A stretch of 64,000 nucleotides of DNA from Octopus vulgaris (GCA_951406725.2 OX597833.1:69626001-69690000), one strand, 5' to 3'; positions 28,031 to 41,009 are shown, counted from the first letter of the stretch. Numbers and translations are program-made. The notes: generated by a model not told the origin, from the sequence alone.

Positions 28031-28229
28031 TCTTTACTATTTACTCTTTTACTTGTTTCAATCATTTAACCGCGGCTACGCTGGAGCACCGCCTTTAGTC
28101 GAGCAAATAGACCCGAGGACTTATTCTTTGTAAGCCTAGTACTTATTCTATCAGTCTCTTTTGTCGAACCGCTACGTTACGGGGACGTAAACACACCAGC
28201 ATCAGCTGTCAAGCAATGTTGAGGGACAA

Positions 28230-28301
<72 letters not shown>

Positions 28302-28464
28302 GACGGGGTTCTTTCAGTTTCCGTCTTCCAAAATCCTCTCACAAGGCTTTGGTCGGCCCGAGGCTATAGTCGAAGACAGTTGCCCAAGGTGCACGCAGTG
28401 GGACTGAACCCGGAATCATGTGGTTGATAAGCAAGCTACTTACCACACAGCCACTCCTGCGCCT
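28031..28464 (-). mobile_element. SINE family A, full-length (plus partial 3' copy at ~27845-27960)
   Basis: Matches family A. Part of the head is duplicated at 28467-28486. Confidence 0.9.
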
Positions 28465-28517
28465 ATTTACCACACAGCCACTCCTGATCGGTAGCCACTA
28501 AACCTTTTTTTTTCTCT

Positions 28518-28666
28518 GTTTATTTCTGTGTTCCTTTCTGTTGAAGAGCGTAGACTCGAAACGTAAAGGACTTTTTCACTTCCCGAGCGATAAACAAATA
28601 CATATGTTTGTTGTTTACACGCTCGTCTTCGTCTTTTATTTTGTTGTTTTTTCTAATCTCCAACGT

Positions 28667-28670
<4 letters not shown>
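28518..28670 (+). mobile_element. Probable Penelope-like terminal fragment with variant minimal hammerhead (28532-28570)
   Basis: UCCUUU-CUGUUGAA-GAG-CGUAGA-CUC-GAAA-CG-UA-AAGGA has stem II, GAAA, a palindromic ACGU in place of stem III and a short stem I. It is followed by a T-rich tract and (TA)n. Confidence 0.5.
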
Positions 28671-28703
<33 letters not shown>

Positions 28704-30068
28704 ATATATATATACACACTGCTCCAGACATACAAGGTAATACTGATGTAACTTGAGAATGCCTTATTTTAGTTTCTTTGCTGTGTTTTCAATTAAATTT
28801 TTGTCCCACATAGCAAGCACGTTTGTATTCGGCTCTGCTTCATACATATGTAGTCACCTCAGTGAAACAAGGACAGCTGCACCCACAAAATTCATATTTT
28901 GCATTATTATTCGACGAGAATGTGGTCTTCACAATCTTTTTCGATAGATTAATAAATGTCAGTAATAAGGTGGGGCGCTTCAAGTGACAATGCGTTGTCT
29001 CTCTCTTACAAAAGACGTGAATATTGCTTCCAGGAAACAAATGGATTTAAACAGCTGCTGCTTCTGACTTGCTTTGTCAACGAGGAAAATTCCATTTTAA
29101 AAGCTTCTCTATACTGGATAAATTCGATTATATTTCCTGGGAAGAAATCATTGTGCATCATAAATACACACATTTAGACAAGAATATATATTATACATGT
29201 GTGTGCTGTATTCGTGTGAGTGTGTAATAGATAGATAGATAGATAGATACATACATACATACATACATGCATACAAATATACATACATACATACATACAT
29301 ACATACATACATACATACATACAAATATACATACATACATACATACATACATACATACATACATACAAATATACATACATACATACTTAAATACATACAT
29401 ACATACATTCATACAAATATATATACATACATACATACAAATATACATATTCACATACATGCATCCCAAGAATTCAACATGTAAGTGTGTGTGTGTGTGT
29501 TAATGTATGTATACATGTAAGCATGTATGTGTGTATGTATACATGTACACACTTACATAATGTTCTTTCCTTGTTTCGTCTAGTACATACGATAACAAAA
29601 TAAGAAAGTTATAATTCATAGCAACAATGATTAAACATGAATTCAATTACGCTTGTGTTATATCTGCAACATTTTATATACATTCACATTAAGATATTTC
29701 AATGAAAACTGTTCGTATAGAGCTCACGCAATCTCCATCGCATAATGTTTGGATAAGAATGTGACGTTTTTCGTATATGTTTACATAAAGTGAACTGGAA
29801 AAAAATATCATCTCTGTACAAATGATTTATCGTATAATATGTCGTATTTTTTCGCTTAATGTTCACATTTCCGCTTTGTTTCATCTTGCTCCGATATTCA
29901 TAGAATGTAGATACATACGCTTGTTTGTATTAATGGGAATTTAGCTGTGAAATAACCGCGTAGAAATTGGCGTGTTCGATACCATGTCACGGTAAAATGA
30001 TCGACAATCTTCTGCCTAGCGACTGTTTAACCGTTCAATATAAGTGAAATTTCGTTGTGCAAAACACA

Positions 30069-30127
<59 letters not shown>

Positions 30128-30133
<6 letters not shown>

Positions 30134-31240
30134 GAGGGCAGAGAGGAAGGACGTTTTTAAAATGTCTATTACTGGGCCCCAACGAGAGGGACATATGATC
30201 GACAGATACTGCTCGGTCCGTAATGTCTTAGTACTATTTCTTTATTTTTACTCAGATGAAATCATGGTGCTGTGGACGATAGAGCATCGCGTGATTGCGT
30301 GCGACAGTTACGGGAAGAATAATGAGTTTGTCACAGCAGTTCAGCGTGCGTTTGGCGCTACTTCAACATTTACCGAAATCAGGTTGTTCCCACCCGTAAC
30401 GCAATTCTACTTAGAGTGAATGCACATCGTTCACGAGGTACTCTAATGAGTACGAGACCGGCGAGGGCGCCACGAGCGGTTCGGATCTCGGAAAATGTTG
30501 GACGCGTCAGACAAGCTTTTATACGGGGTCCAAATTGCTCTCCTCGGAGGCATTCCACTGAACTTGGCATCGGTAAGGCTTATTTTGCATAAAGAACTGC
30601 AGGGTCACCCGTACAACTTGGTCATTGGGCAACAGTTGAAGCCATAGGTCCATGCGAAGCGGCTTAACTTCACACATCTGAGGAAAGCAAATTTTTTAGG
30701 TAAATGACAACTTCATTTCGTTAATGAGTGATGAAGCTCATTTTCATCTCAGTGGCATGGGGAATCAACAGAACTGTACTTATTGAGCTCTTAAAAATCC
30801 GAGAGAACTGCACATATGATCACTGCACAGCCCAAAGTAATGGTCTGGTGTTCTGTTGGAAAAACTGCCATCGTTGGTCCTTACTTTTTTTAAGACAATG
30901 ATGGAAAAGCTGTTACTGTTATCTCCGAGCGTTACATCGAGATGATAAACAACTTCTTTATGACTGAATTACCACAAAAACGTATGCCTATTCGACGTGT
31001 GTGGCATCAGCAGGATCGGGTGCCGGCCAGAGCATGAATGGACGTTCTTCGCTCTCTCTTCAGTGACCACATCATTTCCAGGTTTGCTGGCATTGCTTGG
31101 CCTCCGCAGTCCCCTGATTTGTCCATGTTTGATTCTTTCTTGTGGCAAAACCTCAACGCATATGTGTATGCGCATAAGCCCCGTACATTGAACGATATCA
31201 AGGAAGCTATTTGCGTGGAAGTCGCCCAAATCTATCACAT
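30128..31240 (+). pseudogene. Degenerate Tc1/mariner-superfamily transposon (rosa/DD41D-like), 3'-truncated
   Basis: Begins in (TA)n with tagggtgaggcag (TIR-like). ATG at 30264 gives MVLWTIEHR...VTAVQR. Broken frames carry HPYNL, MSDEAHFHLSG..NQQN, LHSPKV.VWC, IVGPYFF, ERYIEM, WHQQD, IISRF..IAWPPQSPDLSMFDSFLW and YVY..KPRTL. Multiple stops and frameshifts. Confidence 0.92.
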
Positions 31241-31564
31241 ATAAAACATACTATCAGAATGGATTTAGGCATTTAATAACTGCTGTTGCTTATGATGATT
31301 GTCGCAGGGTAAACGAACGTACTGTGTACAAACCGACGAGTGTTCAAATCTTATTCAAGCCATGTTAAACTCATTTGTTTTTCTTCCAACGTTCATTTTT
31401 AATTACTTTTTGAATATGATTTAGTGAGTTCGGTAATTATAATGTCGTAAGCAAAAACATATTAGGCTGTTTGTATGTGAAGTTCAGAATGGGGAGGCTT
31501 ATTTGAATATAAATCTTCATGTCATATTTTATCCTCCAGAATATCATCATTTACATATATTCAA

Positions 31565-31788
31565 CTCTCTTTACTCTTTACTCTTTTACTTGTTTCAGTC
31601 ATTTGACTGCGGCCATGCTGGAGCACCGCATTTAGTCGAGAAGATCGACCCCGGGACTTATTCTTTGTAAGCCCAGTACTTATTCTATCGGTCTCTTTTT
31701 GCCGAACCGCTAAGTGACGGGGACATAAACACACCAGCATCGGTTGTCAAGCAATGATAGGGGGACAAACACAGACACACAAACATAT

Positions 31789-31869
<81 letters not shown>

Positions 31870-32035
31870 TACGACGGGCTTCTTTCAGTTTCTGTCTACC
31901 AAATCCACTCACAAAGCATTGGTCGGCCCAGGGCTATAGCAGACGATATTTGCCCAAGATGCCACGCAGTGAGACTGAACCCGGAACCATGTGGCTTGTA
32001 AGCAAGTTACTTACCACACAGCCACTCCTGCGCCT
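31565..32035 (-). mobile_element. SINE family A, full-length
   Basis: Matches family A, with ~100 bp of internal (CA)n(TA)n. Confidence 0.92.
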
Positions 32036-32237
32036 ATATATATATATATATATATATATTGTGTATATATATATATTATGTGTGTGTATGTGTATGTGTG
32101 TGTGTCTATATATTTAGATATGCATGTGTGTGTGTATAATACAAACGATATTCTCACACAAAACCCAAACACTCACGCACACATGCAAACATGCACACGC
32201 ATCCAATGAAACCACTCGCAAAAGATTGTGGAGTATG

Positions 32238-32269
<32 letters not shown>

Positions 32270-33002
32270 TGTGTGTGTATATATATATATATGTGTGTGT
32301 GTGTAGATCGGTTTGCCTTCCATACCTGGTTCACACAAGTTGCACTGATTGACAGTCGCTCCCTCGTCACTCTTCGACGTCAATAATTCTGTAAAATAGC
32401 GATTGGCCCGTTGAGGATTTGGAACCAATCGACGATATAGAATAAATAAATAAATAAATAAATAGGTAAACAGATAAAGTGATAGCCACTTGTAACAGAC
32501 TAATGTACAAACAATAAATATACAGATACTAGATTAATATATCAGTAGATGCGTCGGTACAATGTCTAATCGCTTAGATGATGGTACTTTAATTTACAGA
32601 GCCGGATAACTAAAAGGAATGCGATGTTTAGAGATGTTTAACTTTCTCTCTCTATGCACCCCCCCTCTCTCTCTCTCTGTATGTACACAAACTTATAGCC
32701 ATGCATACATACATAGATACAGAAACATATATGTGTGTGTCTATATATACATAAACATTTATTTAATTATGTGTGTATGTGTATACATATATGTAAATAC
32801 GTATATATTTCTCATCCCTGTGTTTGCATATATATGTATATACATGTATATGTTTTATATAAGTATATATATTTATATATACATGCATATTTATCATATA
32901 TCATGTGTATATATAAATATATATGTGTATGTATGTATAGACGTACATATATATGTATGTATATATATACGCCCACACATACCATACACATACATGCATA
33001 TG

Positions 33003-33038
<36 letters not shown>

Positions 33039-33200
33039 CGTAAGTATGTATGTATGTAGACATTAGACATTATTAGTCCTGTAATTCATGAGATGTGAAG
33101 TGGTTCGAACTGGGAATAGAATCGCCTTGCAGTATGTTTATCTTTTCTCTTGGATGGTTTTCTCTAGGTGCAAACTCTTATAAATATGAAGAGAGAGAGA

Positions 33201-33245
<45 letters not shown>

Positions 33246-35632
33246 CATGTTACCTAGCGTCTTTACAGTTCCCATGAGCAATTGAGCTGTAAGTGAACTG
33301 AAAACGGTTTCAATGCTATATTGAATCACCGCAGTTCAGTCTCAGATTGCCGATCGCTTGATTCCTGTACCACGACACCTGCATAAAATATACTCCAAAA
33401 CATAATTTGTCTGAGAAAAGAAAACAGAGAATGATTTTTTTTTTATTCCATTTATATTTTATATTTAATTTGCAACACAGTTTGACTGGTAAACGTTTCT
33501 AGTTGCTAATCGCCAACGAGCCAATCGTAGATTTACAGAATTTGTGATAAAAAGAGGAAATTGGTGACTTAGAAAGAGAGAAAATGAGAGTGTGAAATTA
33601 GTACATTAGAGTAGAACAAATAAAGGATAACTTCATTCGTACTGTCCTCACCTATATTAAACACCTTTCTACCGTATAACCTCGCGCTACATACATACAA
33701 AGACACATATATGTGTTCGTGTGTGTGACCATATCTGCGTTTGCGTATATATAATCGTGTGTGTCCGTAAATATATATATATATAAAACAAAATATTGAA
33801 AAGGATGGGATATTGTATATGGTCTCTAGTCAGAAGAGATGAAGGTATACACTCCTGAAATTCTCGATCGTCAAAGCACTTCTCATCTTAAGAAAAGAGT
33901 TATCAAGGCATTTACAGTGCAGAGTTTTATTGTTTCTTTTTGTTCTAATATTTACTTCCTAAATGCCTTTCAATATATGAAGAAGTACTAAATATTGTTT
34001 ACTTATCCTTACAATACAGAATAGATTGAACCAACAAAGTGCTGTAGAGAAAAGTTACAAATATAACGAGCAAATATGAAATTAGGAATAAATAAATTAC
34101 TATCGATGTTATGTTAAAACGTATGTGATTTTTCAATTTAGCGGCAAAAATTGCACATATGAACATAAAAAAATTCAAATAAACAAAACGTGTTAGTAAT
34201 GAAACAAAAAAAGTACAATATATAGTTAATTATTTAACTGTGGAACACCCTCTACTAGATCCCTTATCCTTGGCTCACTGCTGTGCCCGTCCCTTTATCG
34301 GGCTTGATATTATTTGTGAGAACATAGAGCGCAGAAGCAACGATTAGAGAAAAATTGAAACGCAAAAATACATATCAAATCTCCTTTTCTTGATATTTCG
34401 CTTCCTTTTCTTCTTGAAACTCATTGTTTATCGCGCATAAAAGCTTATATAAAGAGGCAGTTTATGGTTTCCTTCTTTCTGTTAATTCATACATAAATAT
34501 AGAGTTATTGTTTGTCGTTTCCAAATCCAATTGTGATATCTGCGCATGATTACAGAGGAATCCATTCGCACCAAAGATCTGCTTTATCTGTGTATCATTT
34601 TTGATGTATTTAAGAGAAATTTAAATTAGTTATAGAGAGATATAATGAATTGCAACTTATTCTAATTAAACAATGGAAGAAACCTTATGAATTCTTACCG
34701 TAATTAAATATTTATTCAGAATCTAGAAACGGAGCATATGTTCTCAAACACAGACGCATGCGCATTCGTGTACACATTATTGCTTGCGGTGGAATGCGAA
34801 AATATGCAAATATATATATATCAATATATAGTAAAATATCATTGTTTATGTGAGATCATAATTGAATTTTTATATAGAAGTTTACTTTCACACACACACA
34901 CACACACACATATGGGTTTATGTGTACCTATAAATCTAATATAAACAAATGCAATACTCCTTCGATGCGTAGGTGGTGTTTATGTATATATGTATGTATG
35001 CTCGTATGTATGAATATATGCATATATTTATAACACACACATACACATACATATATATATATATATATATGCGTATGCACACACACATATATAGATATAT
35101 ACACATACAACTTATAACATCTTATATATATGTGTGTGTATGTATATATATTTATATATATATGTGTGTGTTTGTGTGTGTATGTTTATATACATATACA
35201 TACTTATATATATATATATACCTGCACCTATATAATACATATAAACGCATATACTTACACGCACACACACACACACACACACACACGGAGTGTCATATGT
35301 GTTCGTATATCTAGAAACATAGCCGTATGTAATTTTATGCTCAAATCTTGTAGCAGTCATTTCCGAAGATATGCGTAATTGATAAACAAATCATCTTAAG
35401 AAACGGAATATATAGACAAACGTGGATTATGCAGAAACCGAAAACCAATTAGTATTTTACTATAATTACACACTAGCAGGAATGGTTAAGAATGAACGTT
35501 TACTTAGCTTTCCTGGCTGCATGGGATCGATAACTTACTATACTGTATTTTTTAACATCCTTATGACTTTTGAATGGGATGGGCTGGACATAAACCTCTG
35601 TCGTAGTTTTGTGCTAACGACGTGATTTTGTT

Positions 35633-35850
35633 GTGACCTCCTTCGGCCATGAATGACCATGGGATTGCACCTACAAAGTTACCCTCCGAGGCACAAGTTA
35701 CCCTCCGATGCACAAGTTACCCTCCGATGCACAAGTTACCCTCCGATGGAGACGTTACCCTCCGAGGCAAAACTTACCCTTTCCACATCACCGATGTTAT
35801 CCAAGGGAAAGGCAAAAGCCGATACAGCTTGGTACCAGTGACGCCGCAGC
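35633..35850 (-). mobile_element. Retroposon fragment (family F) with internal 19-bp minisatellite
   Basis: gacctccttcggccatgaatgaccatgggattgcacc...ccaagggaaaggcaaaagccgatacagcttggtaccagtgacg resembles, from memory, RTE 5'UTR-like sequence carried by SINEs. Orientation is inferred. Confidence 0.55.
35675..35781. repeat. 19-bp tandem repeat, ~5.5 copies
   Basis: Unit gttaccctccgatgcacaa starts at 35678, 35697, 35716, 35735, 35754 and (degenerate) 35773. Confidence 0.95.
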
Positions 35851-35854
35851 TTAA

Positions 35855-36160
35855 TTATTAACATGCAAGTGGCTTAGCACTCCACAGATACGTGAACCCG
35901 TAATGTAGTTCTCTGGGAGATTCTGCGTGACACAGAGTGTGACAAGGCTGGCTATTTGAAATACAGATACAATAGAAACAGGAAGAAAGCGTGAGAGAAA
36001 GTTGTGGTGAGAGAATACAGCAGGGTTCACCGCTAACACCTGTGGGGACCTCGTGAAGTAATTAGGTGTATTCGCTCAATAAACATTCACAGTGTCCGGT
36101 CTGGGAATCGAAACAGCGATCCTACGACCGCGAATATGCTGTCCTAACCACTGGGACATG
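35855..36160 (-). mobile_element. SINE family C, diverged, lacking the last ~60 bp
   Basis: attaacatgcaagtggcttagcactccacag...gtgacacagagtgtgacaagg...ctgggaatcgaaac...cctaaccactggg matches 17517-17892. Confidence 0.85.
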
Positions 36161-36608
36161 ATACTACCTGAATATTAATTAGGCATGATTGTGAAATTAT
36201 ACCTAATTACCACAGAGTCTACATACCATAGAGTCTACTCGATGATTTGAAATTAAAATGTATATTTACCCTGGAATATAAACAATTCAAAGTAATTTAA
36301 ATCAATGAGATTGATAAAGCATCTCGAATACTAAGCGTCAAAAGCGACACGAAATCAATGAATGTTTGATTAATTATGGAAAAATTAAGACACTCATTAT
36401 TACTGTACGTAAATTTAAGTTACCTAAGGTAGGCATTTAACTCCTCATTTCCGGTGAATATCTTTCGTCATATGGAGTTGAATATCCTCAGCTTTTCGTT
36501 CGTAGAATATAATACATGCACAAATATTTATTATTGTTATTATAGTTATAATATATGCAGTTATTATAATCATTATTGTTGTGAAGCTCGCATTTATTAT
36601 AGTTAAAA

Positions 36609-36659
<51 letters not shown>

Positions 36660-36667
<8 letters not shown>

Positions 36668-37160
36668 TAACTCTAGTTGTGTGAGTGTCTGTCCCCTTCG
36701 ATTTAGATTCCTAACTCCTCCCACATTTTGCGGTGCAGTTTAACCAAATTCAGGTATCTTATAGTCGTGATTCATATCGAGCCCGTCTGACTATTAGCGC
36801 GCGTCAACGATGAGTCTACGATTTTAAAAATAATTTAACATCATTTTTTATTCCATTTTAATGCATAAAATACATCGTGTGTCGATGGCGGCGGAGTTGG
36901 CGTCCACGCTCACAGCTGCACCTGTTTGCTTCTCCCCTTCCCTCCCTCGTGAAGCTGTGGGGAAGGGAGTGTAAAGAAATCAACGTCGTAATGCGTTGTG
37001 AAGGAAACCAGCGTTCTTTTAGAACAACGACTTCATGGCTTGAAGACACCAAAACAAAAATGGCTAAGAAAGCCCGAATTTATAAGGGAAGTAACTCTCT
37101 AAAAATGCTTATATAGTTATTTCCCTTACAAACCCGAGCAACGCCGGGCGATACTGCTAG
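36660..37160 (+). mobile_element. Non-autonomous Helitron
   Basis: 3' GC hairpin cccgagcaacgccggg (37133-37148), then CTAG (37157-37160) followed by T. The 5' end emerges from (TA)n into actctagttgtgtgagtgtctgtc. No TSD. Internal inverted repeat taagggaagtaact/agttatttccctta. Confidence 0.85.
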
Positions 37161-37731
37161 TATATATATAAATTTATTAAGGATATCAACCATATTACAT
37201 ATAAAACTTAGACTACCATATGAATATAAGAACGTGTGGCAGAACTTCACCTGAGTCGTGAAGCACCAGGCACGGATTAACCAGTTTAGCAGCGTTGCCT
37301 AATTATATTGCCATGAAAGGTATGACCAACTGCGAGAAATTCATTTTATCGCCATTAAAAAAGTCATTAACGTCTACGTGAACGTTGTTTAACGAATCAG
37401 ATCGACAGGTGGTTAACCGTATAAACGGTAGACTTGAACGTACGTACCTTTTGGGAATTCTCAGTTAGATTAATTGCCGAAGGTTCTAGACGCTTGACCT
37501 AATATTATAAAAAGAGGAGATACAGAACTTCTTAACAGAACAGCCTTAGGCGCTACACTGTAGTGTGTTGGTTGTGCGATAAGATGGTCTCACTCTTTCT
37601 AAATATACTTTCATAAATAAAATAAATTAACGCTTTTCATATAAATAAATTATTTTATGCAATGAAAACTTTCAACTATCACATACACTCTCTCGCGTAT
37701 ACTGCTTTATTGCTGTTTTGTTCAAATAAAT

Positions 37732-37848
37732 AGGCGCAGGAGTGGCTGTGTGGTAAGTAGCTTGCTAACCAACCACATGGTTCCGGGTTCAGTCCCACTG
37801 CATGGCGCCTTGGGCATGTGTCTTCTGCTATAGCCCCGGGCCGACCAA
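37732..37848 (+). mobile_element. SINE family A, 5' head only
   Basis: Near-identical to 11707-11823. Confidence 0.9.
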
Positions 37849-38387
37849 GTAAAAAAAATATATAGGCGTATGTGTATATAGGTATATATATATATGTGTG
37901 TGTGTGTGTCTGGATGGATGTGTGTATGTATAAGTGATACGTCTATGTATATTTGTATATTTTGCTAGCCTTTGCCTGTTTATTTTATATCTGAACAATT
38001 TATTTTATATCGTAAAATGGCGGACAAAGTCATTAACGACATTTCTTTCGGCTTTTTACGTTCTGAGTTCAAATAGTGCTGCCGTTGACCTTTCCTTACA
38101 CCCTTCCAGGAGAGAGAAAATAAGTGCCAGTTGATAGCTTGGGGTCCATTTGCTTCATTTCTAAATAGGTCAATGTTTTTCCGATCAGCAGACGGCTACT
38201 GTCAACATCTTGTTTTATTCACTTTCCCCTATATCATAAACAATTCTCTCTTGTGCCATAGTCGAGAACAAAAACTATTGAAAAGGCCCCAACAGAACGA
38301 ATGCATCTGGCGTTGTCACTGAGCACTGCTTGGAAGAACTGCCGTCGCCCTTTGAGATTTTACCTTTTAACTCAACTAGTCCACTTT

Positions 38388-39310
38388 GGTCGACTTTGCC
38401 TTTCATCCTTTCGGGGTCCATAAATTAAGTACCAGTTACGCACTGGGGTCGACGTAATCGACTTAATCCCTTTGTCTGTCTTTGTTTGCCTCCCTTATGT
38501 TTAGCCCCTTGTGGGCAATAAAGAAATATATATATAATCTATTTAAAGGTGGCGAGCTGGCAGAAACGTTAGCACGCCGGGCGAAATGCTTAGCCGTATT
38601 TCGTCTGCCGTTACGTTCTGTGTTCAAATTCCGCCGAGGTCGACTTTGCCTTTCATCCTTTCGGGTCGATAAATTAAGTACCAGCTACGCACTGGGGTCG
38701 ATGTAATCGACTTAATCCGTTTGTCTGTCCTTGTTTGTCCTCTCTGAGTTTAGCCCCTTGTGGATAGTAACGAAATAGGTATTTCGTCTGCCGCTACTTT
38801 CTGAGTTCAAATTCCGCCTAGGTCGACTTTGCCTTTCTTCCTTTCGGGGTCGATAAATTAAGTGCCAGTTACGCACTGGGGTCGATGTAATCGACTTAAT
38901 TCCTTTGTCTGTCCGTGTTTGTCCTCTCTGTGTTTAGCTCCATGTGGGTAGTAAAGAAATAGGTATTTCGTCTGAGTTCTGAGTTCAAATTCCGCCGAAG
39001 TCGATTTTGCCTTTTATCCTATAGGGGTTGATAAATTAAGTACCAGTTACACACTGGGGTCGATGTAATCGACTTAATCCGTTTGTTTATCCTTGTTTGA
39101 CCCCTCTGTGTTTAGTCCCTTGTGGGTAGTAAAGAAATAGAAATAGGTATTTCGTCTGTCTTTACGTTCTGAGTTCAAATTCCGCCTAGGTCGACTTTGC
39201 CTTTTATCCTTTAGGGATCGATATATTAAGTACCAGTTGCGTACTGGAGTCGATCTAATCTACTGGACCCCTCCCCCAAAATTTCTGGCCTTGTGCCTAG
39301 AGTAGAAAAG
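38388..39310 (+). mobile_element. SINE family B cluster: 5'-truncated copy (38388-38528) and head-to-tail array (38547-39310)
   Basis: Full copy 38547-38777, then units restarting at ggtatttcgtctg at 38778, 38962 and 39146 (period 184). The last unit ends in a different tail, ...tctggccttgtgcctagagtagaaaag. Confidence 0.92.
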
Positions 39311-39848
39311 CATACATTTCGTGCTTTGCGAATGGTATTTAGTGCGGTAAAGTGATAATTTTCCTTTCGAGAGATTTAAAGTTGAATACGTTCTATTTAT
39401 ATTCCATGTCAAGATCAATGAATTCCGTTTTATTCTTAGTTTTCGTTGTTCTTGTCGTTGTTATTGTTGTTGCTCTTGCTGTCGTTGTCAAACGATGACG
39501 GTTTAAATAAAAGTAAAATATGATAAAACGTTCAGGTCAGATCTTTCTATAATCCAACACAATGCGAGCAATCGATTTGACCTAAGTCATACAACAAAAC
39601 AAAATAGCAGAGCGCCGTACAAACGTTGAAATTAAATGCAATAAACATTAACCAAGTAAAAAACACATACCCCCGCCCAAAAAAAAAACAACAAAAAGAC
39701 GAAAGACACAAATATATTTTCTCTATATATCATTATCAACATTTTCATCGTCTCATAATTTATAGTTTCAGATCTGTAATTTCCTCTCTTTTAGCTTTTA
39801 ATTTCAAATAAATAGAATGTGGTGAACACATTTGACTTTTAGTTCCCA

Positions 39849-39875
39849 TACTACTACTACTACGACTGGTACTAT

Positions 39876-39959
<84 letters not shown>

Positions 39960-39998
39960 TACGACTACGACTACTACTACTACTACTACTACTACTAA

Positions 39999-40042
<44 letters not shown>

Positions 40043-40045
40043 CTA
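39849..40045. repeat. Compound trinucleotide repeat (CTA)n(CGA)n(CTA)n(CTG)n
   Basis: Direct reading. Related (TAG)n arrays at 9167-9247 and 52015-52180. Confidence 0.95.
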
Positions 40046-40342
40046 GCCGTGCTGAAAACAGGTCTCTGCTTCTCATTCTTTGAATGTCTAAATGACTGCG
40101 AATCGTGCGAATAGCGTGCAATGAAATATTTAATTAAAGTCTTACACTCTTTCTTCCTATCCATCTTTGTCTCTGTCTCTCTCTCTCATTCTCTCTCTCT
40201 CTCTCATTCTCTCTCTCTCTTTCTCTTTCTCTTTCCCTCTCTTTGTACGTTTCTTTCGCCTTTTCTGTTTTACCCTTCTTCTAATATTCTCTGTTTATCC
40301 AAAACTTTTCGATTTTCTCTGTCACTTTTTACTCCCTCTGTC

Positions 40343-40385
<43 letters not shown>

Positions 40386-40870
40386 ATGTGTGTGTGTGTG
40401 TGTGTGTGTGCCTGTATGTGTGTGTTTGTGTGTGTGTGAGTATGTATGTGTGTGTGTGTGTGTGTGTGTATCACATATAGTCCCGCCACCTGTTGTACAT
40501 TGTGGTCACTATTTCTCTCTCTCCTTCCCTTTCTCTCTCTCACTCTCACTGCCCCTCTCACTCTCTGTCTTTCTCTCTTGCCCTCTCTCTCTCCCTCTCT
40601 TCTTCTTCTTCTTCTTCTCTTTCTCTAATATTTTCCTTCCATTTTTGTGCTCTATTCTATTCTGCCTCTCGTTTTTCTCTCCCATTCTCTCCCATTCTCT
40701 CCCGTTTTCTCCCTTGTTTTATCGCTCTGATCCATCTTTCATCATTTTTTTTCTTTTTCATTCTCACTTTACATTGTCTTCATCTATTTGACTCTTTCTC
40801 CAACTCTTAATATTCCATTTACTCTGTCTCTCTTTCTTCTTCCCTCCTATCTTTCCACCTTTCTATCTAT

Positions 40871-40919
<49 letters not shown>

Positions 40920-40964
40920 ATCTATCTATCTATCTTTCTATCTGTCTATCTATCTTTATATCTG

Positions 40965-41009
<45 letters not shown>

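Noticed and set aside
35675-35781. 19-bp repeats as CRISPR or telomeric repeats
   Set aside because: No spacers, the unit is not TTAGGG-like, and it derives from the surrounding retroposon sequence.
39760-40164. Ser/Arg-rich ORF resembling an SR protein
   Set aside because: The S and R runs come entirely from (TAG)n/(TCG)n trinucleotide repeats; no RRM or splice context.
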